Positions 29,998-38,566 of a stretch of 64,000 bases of DNA are shown in pieces. Numbering within the stretch: the stretch's first letter is position 1; every line of letters starts with the position of its first letter. The stretch comes from a virus (taxonomy: Duplodnaviria; Caudoviricetes), in the IMG/VR virus record IMGVR_UViG_3300032320_001009, positions 25,244 to 89,243 of that record. One strand, 5' to 3'. A program made the translations under genes and the position numbers. The notes below the pieces were generated by a model. It saw nothing but the letters and a program-made list of their open reading frames with translations, was not told the DNA's origin and did no database searches.

Positions 29998-30380
29998 GCA
30001 AACTTTCTGACTTTGATTTAGATTTAAAATTTGGTCAAGAAGGAGAGGCTCTTGTTAAAGAACTTCATACTTCAGGTAAAACCGTTGAGGTAAAGACAGA
30101 CCGTCAATGGGTACGTACAAATAACTTGTACATTGAAACAGAGTGCTACCACTTATCTTGTAAATGCTGGGAGCCTTCAGGGTTATCAGTTACAAAAGCA
30201 GACTATTGGGTATTTGTTTTGCAAAAAACAATGGTGTCAGTGCCTACCTCTATACTCAGATACGCTGTAGAGTCGTTTGGTAGACCTATCTCTTGTGACA
30301 TACCGCCGAACATGAGTAAAGGGTATTTACTAACAGTAAATGATTTATTAGTTGCAACAAAGGAGAACAAGGATGATTAA
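29994..30380 (+). CDS. PD-(D/E)xK-like nuclease family protein
   Basis: VEVKTD..NLYIE..SGL..TKADYW. Confidence 0.6.
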   Translation: MSKLSDFDLDLKFGQEGEALVKELHTSGKTVEVKTDRQWVRTNNLYIETECYHLSCKCWEPSGLSVTKADYWVFVLQKTMVSVPTSILRYAVESFGRPISCDIPPNMSKGYLLTVNDLLVATKENKDD

Positions 30381-31392
30381 CGACGAAGCAAAAAAAGTCG
30401 CTGCACTATTAAACAAGAGGTTTGGAGATAACGTTGTTGTTGTTGCATCTGACATCCGTGAGGATTTGATACCTAGAATTACTTCAGGGTCAACAACTTT
30501 TGACTTTGTGTTAGGTGGAGGTTTTCCAGGAAACCAATGGAATGAGTTGATTGGCGAATCTTCTCACGGCAAAACCGCTGTCGCTCTAAAAACAATTGCT
30601 GCCAATCAAAAGTTAAACCCAGACCACACAACCGTGTGGGTTGCTGCAGAGCAGTGGGTTCCTGAATACGCTCAAATGTGTGGAGTAGACACTAAGCGTG
30701 TAATCGTTATTGAAACCAACATTATGGAAGAAGCCTACGATGCAGTAATTGCATTTGCTGAGTCTAAGGCTGTTGACGCAATCGTTATTGACTCATTGCC
30801 AGCCCTGTCTCCATCTCCTGAAATGGAGAAGAACATGGATGAGATGACAGTTGGACGTGGAGCATTGTTGACCAACAAGTTCTTTAGAGTGGTGGGTTCA
30901 GCAATCAAAAGAAGTTTGGTAGAAGATGAACGTCCTGTACTAGGACTGGTCATCAACCAATACCGTATGAAAATTGGCGTAATGCACGGAGACCCACGCA
31001 CTACTCCTGGAGGAGAGGGAAAGAACTACGCATTCTTTACTCGTTCTGAAGTTCGTCGTGACGAATGGATTGAGGCTGGAACTGGCAACGACAAGAAACG
31101 TGTTGGGCAGACCATCAAGATTCGTACCCTAAAGAACAAGACCGCACCCCCACAAAGAGTGGCTTTCTTTGACTTTTACTTTGATAAGGGCGGTTCTTGT
31201 GAACCAGGCGAGTACGACTTTGCCAAAGAAATTGCAGCCATGTCAGTTCTGCATGGCATCATTGAACGCAAGGGTGGTTGGTACTACTATGGTGAGCGTA
31301 AATGGCAGGGCACAGAATCTGTTATTGCAAGCATCCGTGAGGAAATCGACCTCATGGAAGAGTTACGAAAGAAGGTGATTGACCTTGGGTGA
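30373..31392 (+). CDS. recA: Recombinase A
   Basis: GESSHGKT, IVIDSL, INQYR.KIG, TTPGG; start re-called MINDEAK. Confidence 0.93.
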   Translation: MINDEAKKVAALLNKRFGDNVVVVASDIREDLIPRITSGSTTFDFVLGGGFPGNQWNELIGESSHGKTAVALKTIAANQKLNPDHTTVWVAAEQWVPEYAQMCGVDTKRVIVIETNIMEEAYDAVIAFAESKAVDAIVIDSLPALSPSPEMEKNMDEMTVGRGALLTNKFFRVVGSAIKRSLVEDERPVLGLVINQYRMKIGVMHGDPRTTPGGEGKNYAFFTRSEVRRDEWIEAGTGNDKKRVGQTIKIRTLKNKTAPPQRVAFFDFYFDKGGSCEPGEYDFAKEIAAMSVLHGIIERKGGWYYYGERKWQGTESVIASIREEIDLMEELRKKVIDLG

Positions 31393-31609
31393 AGGACCAA
31401 ATTGGTTTCTTTCTATGGACCAGTTCCTAGAAATTGTAAACAAAGTTGTGCGTAGTAAAGACTCGATGTTTACAGGTCGCAACATCCACGAGAGTGGTCA
31501 CCCCGAAGATTTAATGGTCATTGTTATGGATATAACTGAGACCGTTGCATCAACCATCGCTGTTCTTGGTGAGACCAAGAATCACATGTTTGAAGCACCA
31601 GCAAAATGA
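31379..31609 (+). CDS. Hypothetical protein
   Basis: In-operon ORF, start uncertain. Confidence 0.5.
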   Translation: MTLGEGPNWFLSMDQFLEIVNKVVRSKDSMFTGRNIHESGHPEDLMVIVMDITETVASTIAVLGETKNHMFEAPAK

Positions 31610-31914
31610 AATCAGAAGGACAGAAGCAATCACGCAAACACGAAGAACGAATAGCCAAAAAGGTTGACGGTTCTCGTACTGCTGCTTCTGGAGCCTTCTG
31701 GTCGCGAAAGGGAGACGTACGTTCAAAGGATTTACTGATTGAACATAAGTGGACTGGCAAGAAGCAAGTCACCATTAAATCAGAGGTCTTAAAGAAAATA
31801 GTGAGAGAGGCAATCTTAGATAGCCGAATACCCGTACTTGGTTTACATCTAGATGGGGAGAACTACGTGGTTCTCCTTGAAGACGATTACCTAGAAATGA
31901 GAGAGAACTTATGA
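31606..31914 (+). CDS. Hjc-like Holliday junction resolvase
   Basis: HEERIAK..ASGA..KGDV..LIEHK. Confidence 0.75.
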   Translation: MKSEGQKQSRKHEERIAKKVDGSRTAASGAFWSRKGDVRSKDLLIEHKWTGKKQVTIKSEVLKKIVREAILDSRIPVLGLHLDGENYVVLLEDDYLEMRENL

Positions 31915-31927
31915 ACAGGAATCGTGA

Positions 31928-32260
31928 ATGGATGAACCTACTTATGCGTGGAGGTATAAAGCACGGTGCAAAGGCGTTGCCGACACCGACATCTTTTACC
32001 CCCCACGTGACAAAGACCTTTACAAAGTAATTGCTGATGAAGCAAAATCTTATTGTTTTGGCGAGAACGGAAAGAACCCTTGTCCTGTCAGACTTAATTG
32101 TCTGTGGGATGCGGTAGAAAGAGAAGAGCCACATGGAATTTGGGGCGGTATGTCACATCGTGAACGTAACGCTTTAATTCGAAAGTGGAAGAAAAGTTAC
32201 AAAAAGAAGATGACATTAGAGCAATACATTATGGGATTGGACGATTGGGATGAGCAGTGA
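31928..32260 (+). CDS. whiB: WhiB-family Fe-S transcription factor
   Basis: Four Cys, IFYP, CPVRLNCL, HGIWGG.S..ER. Confidence 0.9.
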   Translation: MDEPTYAWRYKARCKGVADTDIFYPPRDKDLYKVIADEAKSYCFGENGKNPCPVRLNCLWDAVEREEPHGIWGGMSHRERNALIRKWKKSYKKKMTLEQYIMGLDDWDEQ

Positions 32261-33104
32261 CTTAAAGCGTTTCTTAGACGCAAAGAAGGCTAGTCCAAGA
32301 CTGATTGGTGACATTGAGCGACACCTCATGGCAAAAAAACCCGAGGACCGTCGAACAGATGTTCTACACCCGTCAGAAATGGCAAAGGCTGATTGGTGTT
32401 TACGAGCATCTTATTTTGCGTTAAAGGGCGTATCTGTCAAGAAGACGAACCCTAATTTACGGTTGCAGTCAATCTTTGACGAAGGGCATTTTATCCACGC
32501 TAAATGGCAAAAGTGGTTTAATGAGATGGGTACTCTTCATGGCACTTGGTCGTGTGCTGTCTGTACAACTCTTTTTATAGGTACTTCACCTAAACTTTGC
32601 CCTGGTTGCAACGCTTATCCTAATTTTTTAACTTACGAAGAAGTACCTTTAATTGACACTGATTTAAGAATTGCTGGTCATGCCGATGGTTGGATAAAGA
32701 ATATTGGTGATGATTGCCTTATTGAAATTAAGTCAATTGGTACAGGAACTTTAAGATTTGAGGCTCCTGAGTTAATTGCAAAAGCAGACGGAGACCTTCA
32801 AACAGCGTGGCGAGGTATCCGTCGTCCTTTTAGAACTCACCTTATGCAAGGACAGATTTACCTTGAATTAATGAAACGAGCAGGGCATAAGGTAAACGAA
32901 ATTGTCTTTTTGTACGAACTAAAGGCTGACCAAGATTACAAGGAGTTTGTAGTCAAGGCTGACTTTGAGTTGGTAGAGGATAAATTCCGCAAAGCAAAAG
33001 AAGTTGTAATCGCTGTAGAGAACAACACTCCATTAGAATGCACGAACAAGCCAGGGTTTACTTGCAAATCATGCGAACAGTTTGGAGAGAACGATGACGC
33101 TTAG
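32250..33104 (+). CDS. Cas4-like PD-(D/E)xK exonuclease
   Basis: HPS..C.R, GHADG, IEIKS, QGQIY, C-term C..CKSC. Confidence 0.8.
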   Translation: MSSDLKRFLDAKKASPRLIGDIERHLMAKKPEDRRTDVLHPSEMAKADWCLRASYFALKGVSVKKTNPNLRLQSIFDEGHFIHAKWQKWFNEMGTLHGTWSCAVCTTLFIGTSPKLCPGCNAYPNFLTYEEVPLIDTDLRIAGHADGWIKNIGDDCLIEIKSIGTGTLRFEAPELIAKADGDLQTAWRGIRRPFRTHLMQGQIYLELMKRAGHKVNEIVFLYELKADQDYKEFVVKADFELVEDKFRKAKEVVIAVENNTPLECTNKPGFTCKSCEQFGENDDA

Positions 33105-33585
33105 ACTAGGACCAGCCTCACAAGAAGCGGTAGATACACTGCTTGGTCAGGGGTTTACTTACCCACCTAAAGAAGACGTGTTCCCTGTTATGCCAAAGGA
33201 ACTCACGACCCTAGATAGCGAAGAGTTAAGTGAGTTGTTTAGCACCCTAACTGCTTGGTCAAACTACGTTGCAACTCAGTTGTCTGCAGCACAGGTAGAC
33301 GAACGTTCCTCAGATAGAGCCTTAGAAGTAACTTCGGCACGACTAATGGTTACTCGCATGACACAGAAAGCAACTGGGGAAAGAATCACTGCCATTAAAG
33401 CAGAGGTTTCGATTGACCCAAAAGTTCTTAAACTGTCAGAAGATTTAGACAAAGCCTACGCTTACCGAAAAATGATTGAAGCAATGTTTTACAACTTAGA
33501 GCGTGACACCGCTCTTGTTTCCCGTGAGTTAACAAGAAGAGCGTCAGATTTCCGTGCAAACCGAAAGGATAAGTTTTCATCATGA
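33094..33585 (+). CDS. Helical protein, possible recombination mediator (UvsY-like)
   Basis: Coiled-coil pattern ending SRELTRR; context only. Confidence 0.4.
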   Translation: MTLRLGPASQEAVDTLLGQGFTYPPKEDVFPVMPKELTTLDSEELSELFSTLTAWSNYVATQLSAAQVDERSSDRALEVTSARLMVTRMTQKATGERITAIKAEVSIDPKVLKLSEDLDKAYAYRKMIEAMFYNLERDTALVSRELTRRASDFRANRKDKFSS

Positions 33586-34106
33586 TTATTGGTCTATCAG
33601 GATACGCACAGTCTGGCAAAGACACAGTTGCAGACGTTCTTGTCAAAGAGTATGGGTTTGAACGGGTTACTTTTGCAGACCCAATTCGTAAAATTCTTTA
33701 CGCAATTGACCCTAAAATTAACGGTAACTCCTTGGTTGATTTAGTTGATGAGTACGGTTGGGACATTGCTAAGAAAAACCCTGAAGTTCGTGAAATGCTT
33801 CAACACCTTGGATATTCTGCTCGTGTACACATTTATCAAGACATTTGGATTATGGCTGCATTTAGTAAAATGCGTGAAGATAGCAATTACGTAATTACAG
33901 ATGTAAGGTTTCAAAATGAAGCAGAGGTTATACAGAACCACGGAGGACATATCTGGAGAGTTCAAAGACCAGGAGTTGAAGCCGTAAACGCACATGTTTC
34001 CGAATGGGAAATGGATGACTACAACTTTGACAACATATTAGTAAATGATGGAAACCTTGAACAGTTAGAGTTCTTAGTCAAGAAAACGTATGACAAAACA
34101 ATTTGA
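33582..34106 (+). CDS. Deoxynucleoside monophosphate kinase
   Basis: IIGLSGYAQSGKDT, FADP, ITDVRF.NE, H.SE. Confidence 0.9.
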   Translation: MIIGLSGYAQSGKDTVADVLVKEYGFERVTFADPIRKILYAIDPKINGNSLVDLVDEYGWDIAKKNPEVREMLQHLGYSARVHIYQDIWIMAAFSKMREDSNYVITDVRFQNEAEVIQNHGGHIWRVQRPGVEAVNAHVSEWEMDDYNFDNILVNDGNLEQLEFLVKKTYDKTI

Positions 34107-34659
34107 TGGCGGACTTGAGGTTGGTAAAGAAGTTTACTTAGGTATTGACCAATCATTAACTGGGTTTGCCATCGCTGCTGTACAGGCAGATGATTTGTCT
34201 AAGTACACCGCTTGGGTTTATAAATCCCCTTATTTTGGCGTTGAACGATTGCTAGACATACAAGAGTTTATGCGTGAGGTTATTTACGAATACGAAGTTC
34301 GTGGTGGCAAAATCCTAGATGTGGCAATGGAAGGCTCTGTACTGCAAAGTCCCGCAGCATTAAAGTTAGGTGAGTTAGCAGGAGCCGTTAAGTTAGAACT
34401 TCGTTTGCATAACCATTACCCACTACAAGTTCCTCCAATGACCTTAAAGAAGTTTGCTGCAGGTAAAGGCAACGCCAAAAAACAGGAGATGCTGCTCCAG
34501 ATGTACAAGCGTTGGGGAGTTGAGTTCTCGGATGACAATGCTGCTGACTCCTATGCCTTAGCCCGTTTAATTGCTGGAAAGGGTATAGATGCCGTAGAAA
34601 AGGCGGTAATCAAGCAAATGTCTGACCCAAAGTACAGAGATGAGCCACGTTTAGGCTGA
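34090..34659 (+). CDS. ruvC: RuvC-like Holliday junction resolvase
   Basis: LGIDQSLTG, VAMEG, KKFAAGKGNA.K, DNAADS. Confidence 0.85.
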   Translation: MTKQFDGGLEVGKEVYLGIDQSLTGFAIAAVQADDLSKYTAWVYKSPYFGVERLLDIQEFMREVIYEYEVRGGKILDVAMEGSVLQSPAALKLGELAGAVKLELRLHNHYPLQVPPMTLKKFAAGKGNAKKQEMLLQMYKRWGVEFSDDNAADSYALARLIAGKGIDAVEKAVIKQMSDPKYRDEPRLG

Positions 34660-34729
34660 CGAAGCCTTGATTTATACCTACCTTTGTTGCAGGGATGGCA
34701 TACAAAACGTAGCAAAGGAATACTAAATC

Positions 34730-35023
34730 GTGACCGAACTAGAAAACGCGGTATCTAAAGACGAACCGTTTCTAAGAGTATCAGCAGGAAGCAACCCACA
34801 ATCCGTGGCTTCTGCTATTGCCCATGCTCTTTATGCAGACCATCAGGTTAAACTCCGTGCCGTAGGTGCAGGAGCCGTCAACCAAGCAGTCAAAGCCCTG
34901 GCAATTGCACGTGGGTACGTAGCCCCAAGAGGGTTAGACCTTACTTGCCGACCAGGATTTACTACCATTGAGTCCCGCGATGGAGAAATCTCTGCCATCG
35001 TTTTTAGCATTCAAGCCAGTTAA
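34730..35023 (+). CDS. spoVS: SpoVS-family (Alba-like) protein
   Basis: LRVSAGSNPQSVASAIA..RAVGAGAVNQAVKALAIARGYVAPRGLDL. Confidence 0.9.
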   Translation: MTELENAVSKDEPFLRVSAGSNPQSVASAIAHALYADHQVKLRAVGAGAVNQAVKALAIARGYVAPRGLDLTCRPGFTTIESRDGEISAIVFSIQAS

Positions 35024-35061
35024 AAGAAGGTATCCTTCTTTTAGGGCACAAAGGAGTTCTA

Positions 35062-35472
35062 ATGTCAGATTACAGAAAGCAAGGACATGCTATGCGTCGT
35101 CGTGCAGGAGCAGCATCAAATCACATGGATGGTGCAGGAAAGAAAACTTCAGTTGAGATTCCAAGCAACCTTGAAGCAATGATTTCAGGTGGCAGTGCTC
35201 GCATCGCCGTAGGCGAAATGCGTGGAACACTAATGCCTAAGAAGGGCACTCAGTCAGCAGACCCTGCTGTTATGGGAGCAAAGCCACGTCGTACACCAGT
35301 TAAGGTTGATGCAGGTTCAGCAGAACGCTTAAGTGCAAAGCACTCAATCACTGCAAAGATGCCAACAATTGACCCAGCAGCAGGTGCAACAATGGCAAAT
35401 GCTCGTATTGTTCCTTCAACAATGGGTGCTCGTCAAGGATTTTCTGGTGGCGCATCCGATTCAATGCGATAA
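35062..35472 (+). CDS. Low-complexity G/A/M-rich hypothetical protein
   Basis: SD GGAG; 136 aa. Confidence 0.65.
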   Translation: MSDYRKQGHAMRRRAGAASNHMDGAGKKTSVEIPSNLEAMISGGSARIAVGEMRGTLMPKKGTQSADPAVMGAKPRRTPVKVDAGSAERLSAKHSITAKMPTIDPAAGATMANARIVPSTMGARQGFSGGASDSMR

Positions 35473-35475
35473 GCA

Positions 35476-35709
35476 ATGAACGGCAATCTCTCGTCAGCAC
35501 AAAATCAAGGACAATCGATACAACCGTATCGTGGTGTTACTTCGCCACGTCCACTTGGTTCTACAAACATGTCTTCAGCACAAGCACGTACTGCTTGGGC
35601 AAATCAGAGTGACCCTTACGGAACTCCCACTCCTTTGTCTAAGCAGACTGCTGGCTCCTTCTATAATTGGGGCGACAACTCCCCTAATTACGGAGAATTT
35701 AAGAAATAA
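35476..35709 (+). CDS. Low-complexity hypothetical protein
   Basis: 77-aa in-operon ORF. Confidence 0.55.
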   Translation: MNGNLSSAQNQGQSIQPYRGVTSPRPLGSTNMSSAQARTAWANQSDPYGTPTPLSKQTAGSFYNWGDNSPNYGEFKK

Positions 35710-35740
35710 TTAGTCGGCGAGTCTCTCTCGCGTTTCATCG

Positions 35741-35787
35741 CTACCTTCTGTAAGATTTCCTCAAGTAAATCCTTACAGGAGAGGTAG
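35741..35787 (+). promoter_or_regulatory. Imperfect hairpin occluding the SD of the gene at 35790
   Basis: CTACCT.TCTGTAAG.ATTT pairs with AAAT.CTTACAGG.AGGTAG. Confidence 0.5.
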
Positions 35788-35789
35788 AG

Positions 35790-36062
35790 ATGGAATCATT
35801 AATTATGGAACAAGAAGCGTCAATTGAAGACTTCCAGAAACTTTTAGTTAGACTAAACGACAGACCTGTTACCCCAAAGCACTGTAAATTTTCAAAGTGG
35901 CTCAACAGTTTACCTTCAGATAAAGCAGAAATTGTCCAAATAATGTTGGACTCTGATTTAAGTCATGCCGAATTATGGCGAGAACTCGAAACAGTTATTA
36001 CAACGCAGTTATGTAAAGACACAATGCGGACTCACAGACAAGGAACTTGTGCATGTCGTTAG
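35790..36062 (+). CDS. Small protein with C-terminal HRxGxCxC motif
   Basis: C..HRQGTCAC; precedes the phosphoesterase. Confidence 0.6.
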   Translation: MESLIMEQEASIEDFQKLLVRLNDRPVTPKHCKFSKWLNSLPSDKAEIVQIMLDSDLSHAELWRELETVITTQLCKDTMRTHRQGTCACR

Positions 36063-37264
36063 ATAATAACTGGGAGGAACTTAAGAAGGCTGCAGAGCAT
36101 TCTAAAGTCCGAGAACTTTTAGAGAAACAAGGGTTAGACCCAGATGACTTGGGTCGTATTTCTAAGGTAAGCGTCTCTACATATCAAACAGTTACCAAAG
36201 ATGAAGATGGTAACGCAACTGTTCACGACCTTGAAGGTTACAAGTATGTAATTCACCCTGCATGGGAAGGTTACGAGCCTTTACGTCAAGCAGACCCAGT
36301 ACAGGTAAACCTTGGTTGGACACCTACTCGTCACGACAAAACAAAAACAAAACTTAAATGTGCGGTAATTTTGCCTGACCCACAGATTGGTTATCGTCGT
36401 TACGAAGATGGAACACTAGACCCTTTCCACGATTTAGCAGCAATTGATGTTGCACTTCAGATTACTGCCTACGTTCAAGAAACGTATGGGGTTGATGACA
36501 TCATTAATCTTGGAGATTTTCTTGATTTGCCAGAGCATTCTCGTTTTGCTCAGGAACCTTCTTTTGCTAACACAACTCAGTTAGCCATTAACTACGGTTA
36601 TGAGTTCTTAGCAAAACAACGAGCAATTGCACCCGATGCTCGTATTGCTCTACTAGAAGGTAACCACGACAATCGCCTTAGTCTGTATGCGTTTCGCAAT
36701 GGACAGGCTTCTTACGGATTACGTAAGGCTGATAAGCCGTCAGGTGAACCAGTACTTAGCGTTCAAAACCTTTTGTGTTTAGAGGAGTTAAACGTTGAGT
36801 TTTACGACAAGTATCCTTCTTTAGACTCTCAAATTTGGCTGGGCAAATATCTACGTGCAATGCACGGAACTAAAGTGCGAAGCAATGGCTCAACCGCTGC
36901 TGCATACACAAATGACACACCCCACCTATCCACAATTTATGGACACATTCATCGTCAAGAGTTGCAGTACAGAACTACTTACGATGCTGATGGTCCAATT
37001 CGCAGTGTTGCTGTTTCTCCAGGATGTTTATGCCGTATTGATGGTGCAGTTCCATCCGTTAACTCAGGTGTAAGTTCTGATGGTAAACCAGGAAAACATT
37101 GGGAAAATTGGCAACAGGGTGTAGCAGTGGTTTGGTACAACGAAGAAACGGGACGTTTCGCGGTTGAATTAGTTCACATTATCGAAGGTGCTGCTTTGTA
37201 TCAGGGACAAGAGTTTCTATACAATGAGCCTGTTTCTCCGACTCCGCCAAATCTCGTTGTGTAG
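36047..37264 (+). CDS. Calcineurin-like metallophosphoesterase
   Basis: PDPQ, LGDFLD, LEGNHD, MHG, GHIHR. Confidence 0.9.
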   Translation: MCMSLDNNWEELKKAAEHSKVRELLEKQGLDPDDLGRISKVSVSTYQTVTKDEDGNATVHDLEGYKYVIHPAWEGYEPLRQADPVQVNLGWTPTRHDKTKTKLKCAVILPDPQIGYRRYEDGTLDPFHDLAAIDVALQITAYVQETYGVDDIINLGDFLDLPEHSRFAQEPSFANTTQLAINYGYEFLAKQRAIAPDARIALLEGNHDNRLSLYAFRNGQASYGLRKADKPSGEPVLSVQNLLCLEELNVEFYDKYPSLDSQIWLGKYLRAMHGTKVRSNGSTAAAYTNDTPHLSTIYGHIHRQELQYRTTYDADGPIRSVAVSPGCLCRIDGAVPSVNSGVSSDGKPGKHWENWQQGVAVVWYNEETGRFAVELVHIIEGAALYQGQEFLYNEPVSPTPPNLVV

Positions 37265-37361
37265 TAACTGAGCCAGCCCAACCACATTTAACAGGGTTAC
37301 ATACCGCCTGAAAGCGGTTGTTACCAATTATTGCTATTGCAACGTAGTGCGTATGCCCCAT
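37179..37361 (-). CDS. Small antisense Zn-binding-like protein
   Basis: Strong SD AAAGGAG; H..C....CGW..AE.E..AH. Confidence 0.6.
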   Translation of the reverse strand: MGHTHYVAIAIIGNNRFQAVCNPVKCGWAGSVTTQRDLAESEKQAHCIETLVPDTKQHLR

Positions 37362-37414
37362 TTTGGTTCTCCTTTACCCTGACAAAACTTAGTCTACCCT
37401 AGAACATAGGGTGT

Positions 37415-38035
37415 ATGAGCGAGTCATTGAGCAACGAGCAATTAGCAGCCTACGTTAACCACCCAGACAATTACGGTGCATCTGTCGGCTTTTCAAGCCG
37501 TGAACACGTTAAGGGTAAAGGGTTTATGACTGCATTTGACGGTGCAGAAAAGCCAACTGCTATGCCTGTTAAAGCAGAGGACATCGCTAACTATCGTCAA
37601 GCACATCACCAACTTGCTTCTACACATGAAGGAGCAGTACACGGAGTTTGGAAGAATCCAGCCACCCCAGGTGTAGCAGACCAAGATTTATCTGTACAAG
37701 TTAAGACCCCTAAAGAAGCACAAGAGATGGGTGTTGCTGAAAAGCAAAAAGCATCTTATGGAATGCCAAAGACACGTGTTTCAGCACGTGGTCACAACAT
37801 GGGTGGCGGTGGAGATGTTCTTTTGCATACCGCTGATTTGGGTAAGAACGACGTTGACCCACGCTATCGTCCAGGTGCATTAGATACACCAGGCGAAGGA
37901 AGTTTTACTCGCAATCAGTACAAGAACAAAGACTGGGATAAAAAAGCGGGGATGTTAAACGGGAAACCAATTACATACGAGCACATTCTTCGTACAATAA
38001 ATGAGAATCGCGTTAACCGTATGCGAGGTGAGTAA
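37415..38035 (+). CDS. Hypothetical protein (GxW...DxS...EA...Q motif family)
   Basis: HGVW..DQDLSV..KEA..G..QKASY. Confidence 0.55.
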   Translation: MSESLSNEQLAAYVNHPDNYGASVGFSSREHVKGKGFMTAFDGAEKPTAMPVKAEDIANYRQAHHQLASTHEGAVHGVWKNPATPGVADQDLSVQVKTPKEAQEMGVAEKQKASYGMPKTRVSARGHNMGGGGDVLLHTADLGKNDVDPRYRPGALDTPGEGSFTRNQYKNKDWDKKAGMLNGKPITYEHILRTINENRVNRMRGE

Positions 38036-38565
38036 TGCCATCAAATAACATGAATCCAAGCCAGAACTGGCAAGCATTAGGTGCTGGCGGTTTATCTGGT
38101 TACAACAATCAAGGCGGTGTTGGTGGTCCTTCCGTCCGTTCAGATATGGACTTCATGCGTCTTGGTGTTGGTCGCGTTCCTTCTGCAGAGTATCCAGATG
38201 GTTACCTTGGAACTCTTACAACTCGTCGTCGTGACGACCGTCTTTTAGATTCTCTAAAGAACAATGTCAACAAAAAAGCGTATCAACGCGGAGTTCACAA
38301 AGGTGAACGTGTTGACCCATCCCAGTACTACTGGCCTCCAGAATTACAGCCCACCCGTGGATTAGCACGTCAAGCAAAGTCTAAGTTAGTGAATCACAAC
38401 GGTGTGGCTGTCTTTTTATCTGACCGTTCAAAGCCAGAGGTTGAGTTAACTCCAGCCCCACACTTGGTAAACGACGGAAAAGCAAATCTCCGTGCTGATG
38501 AACCAGGTCAACTGTACGCAAAGCGTTCAGACAAATGGGCATCAATGCGTCCTGTTTGGAGATAA
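38035..38565 (+). CDS. Hypothetical protein
   Basis: TAATG coupling; 176 aa. Confidence 0.65.
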   Translation: MPSNNMNPSQNWQALGAGGLSGYNNQGGVGGPSVRSDMDFMRLGVGRVPSAEYPDGYLGTLTTRRRDDRLLDSLKNNVNKKAYQRGVHKGERVDPSQYYWPPELQPTRGLARQAKSKLVNHNGVAVFLSDRSKPEVELTPAPHLVNDGKANLRADEPGQLYAKRSDKWASMRPVWR

Positions 38566-38566
38566 C

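Noticed and set aside
32250-33104. Cas4 as part of a CRISPR-Cas locus
   Set aside because: No other cas genes or repeat-spacer array; stand-alone Cas4-like exonucleases are common in phages.
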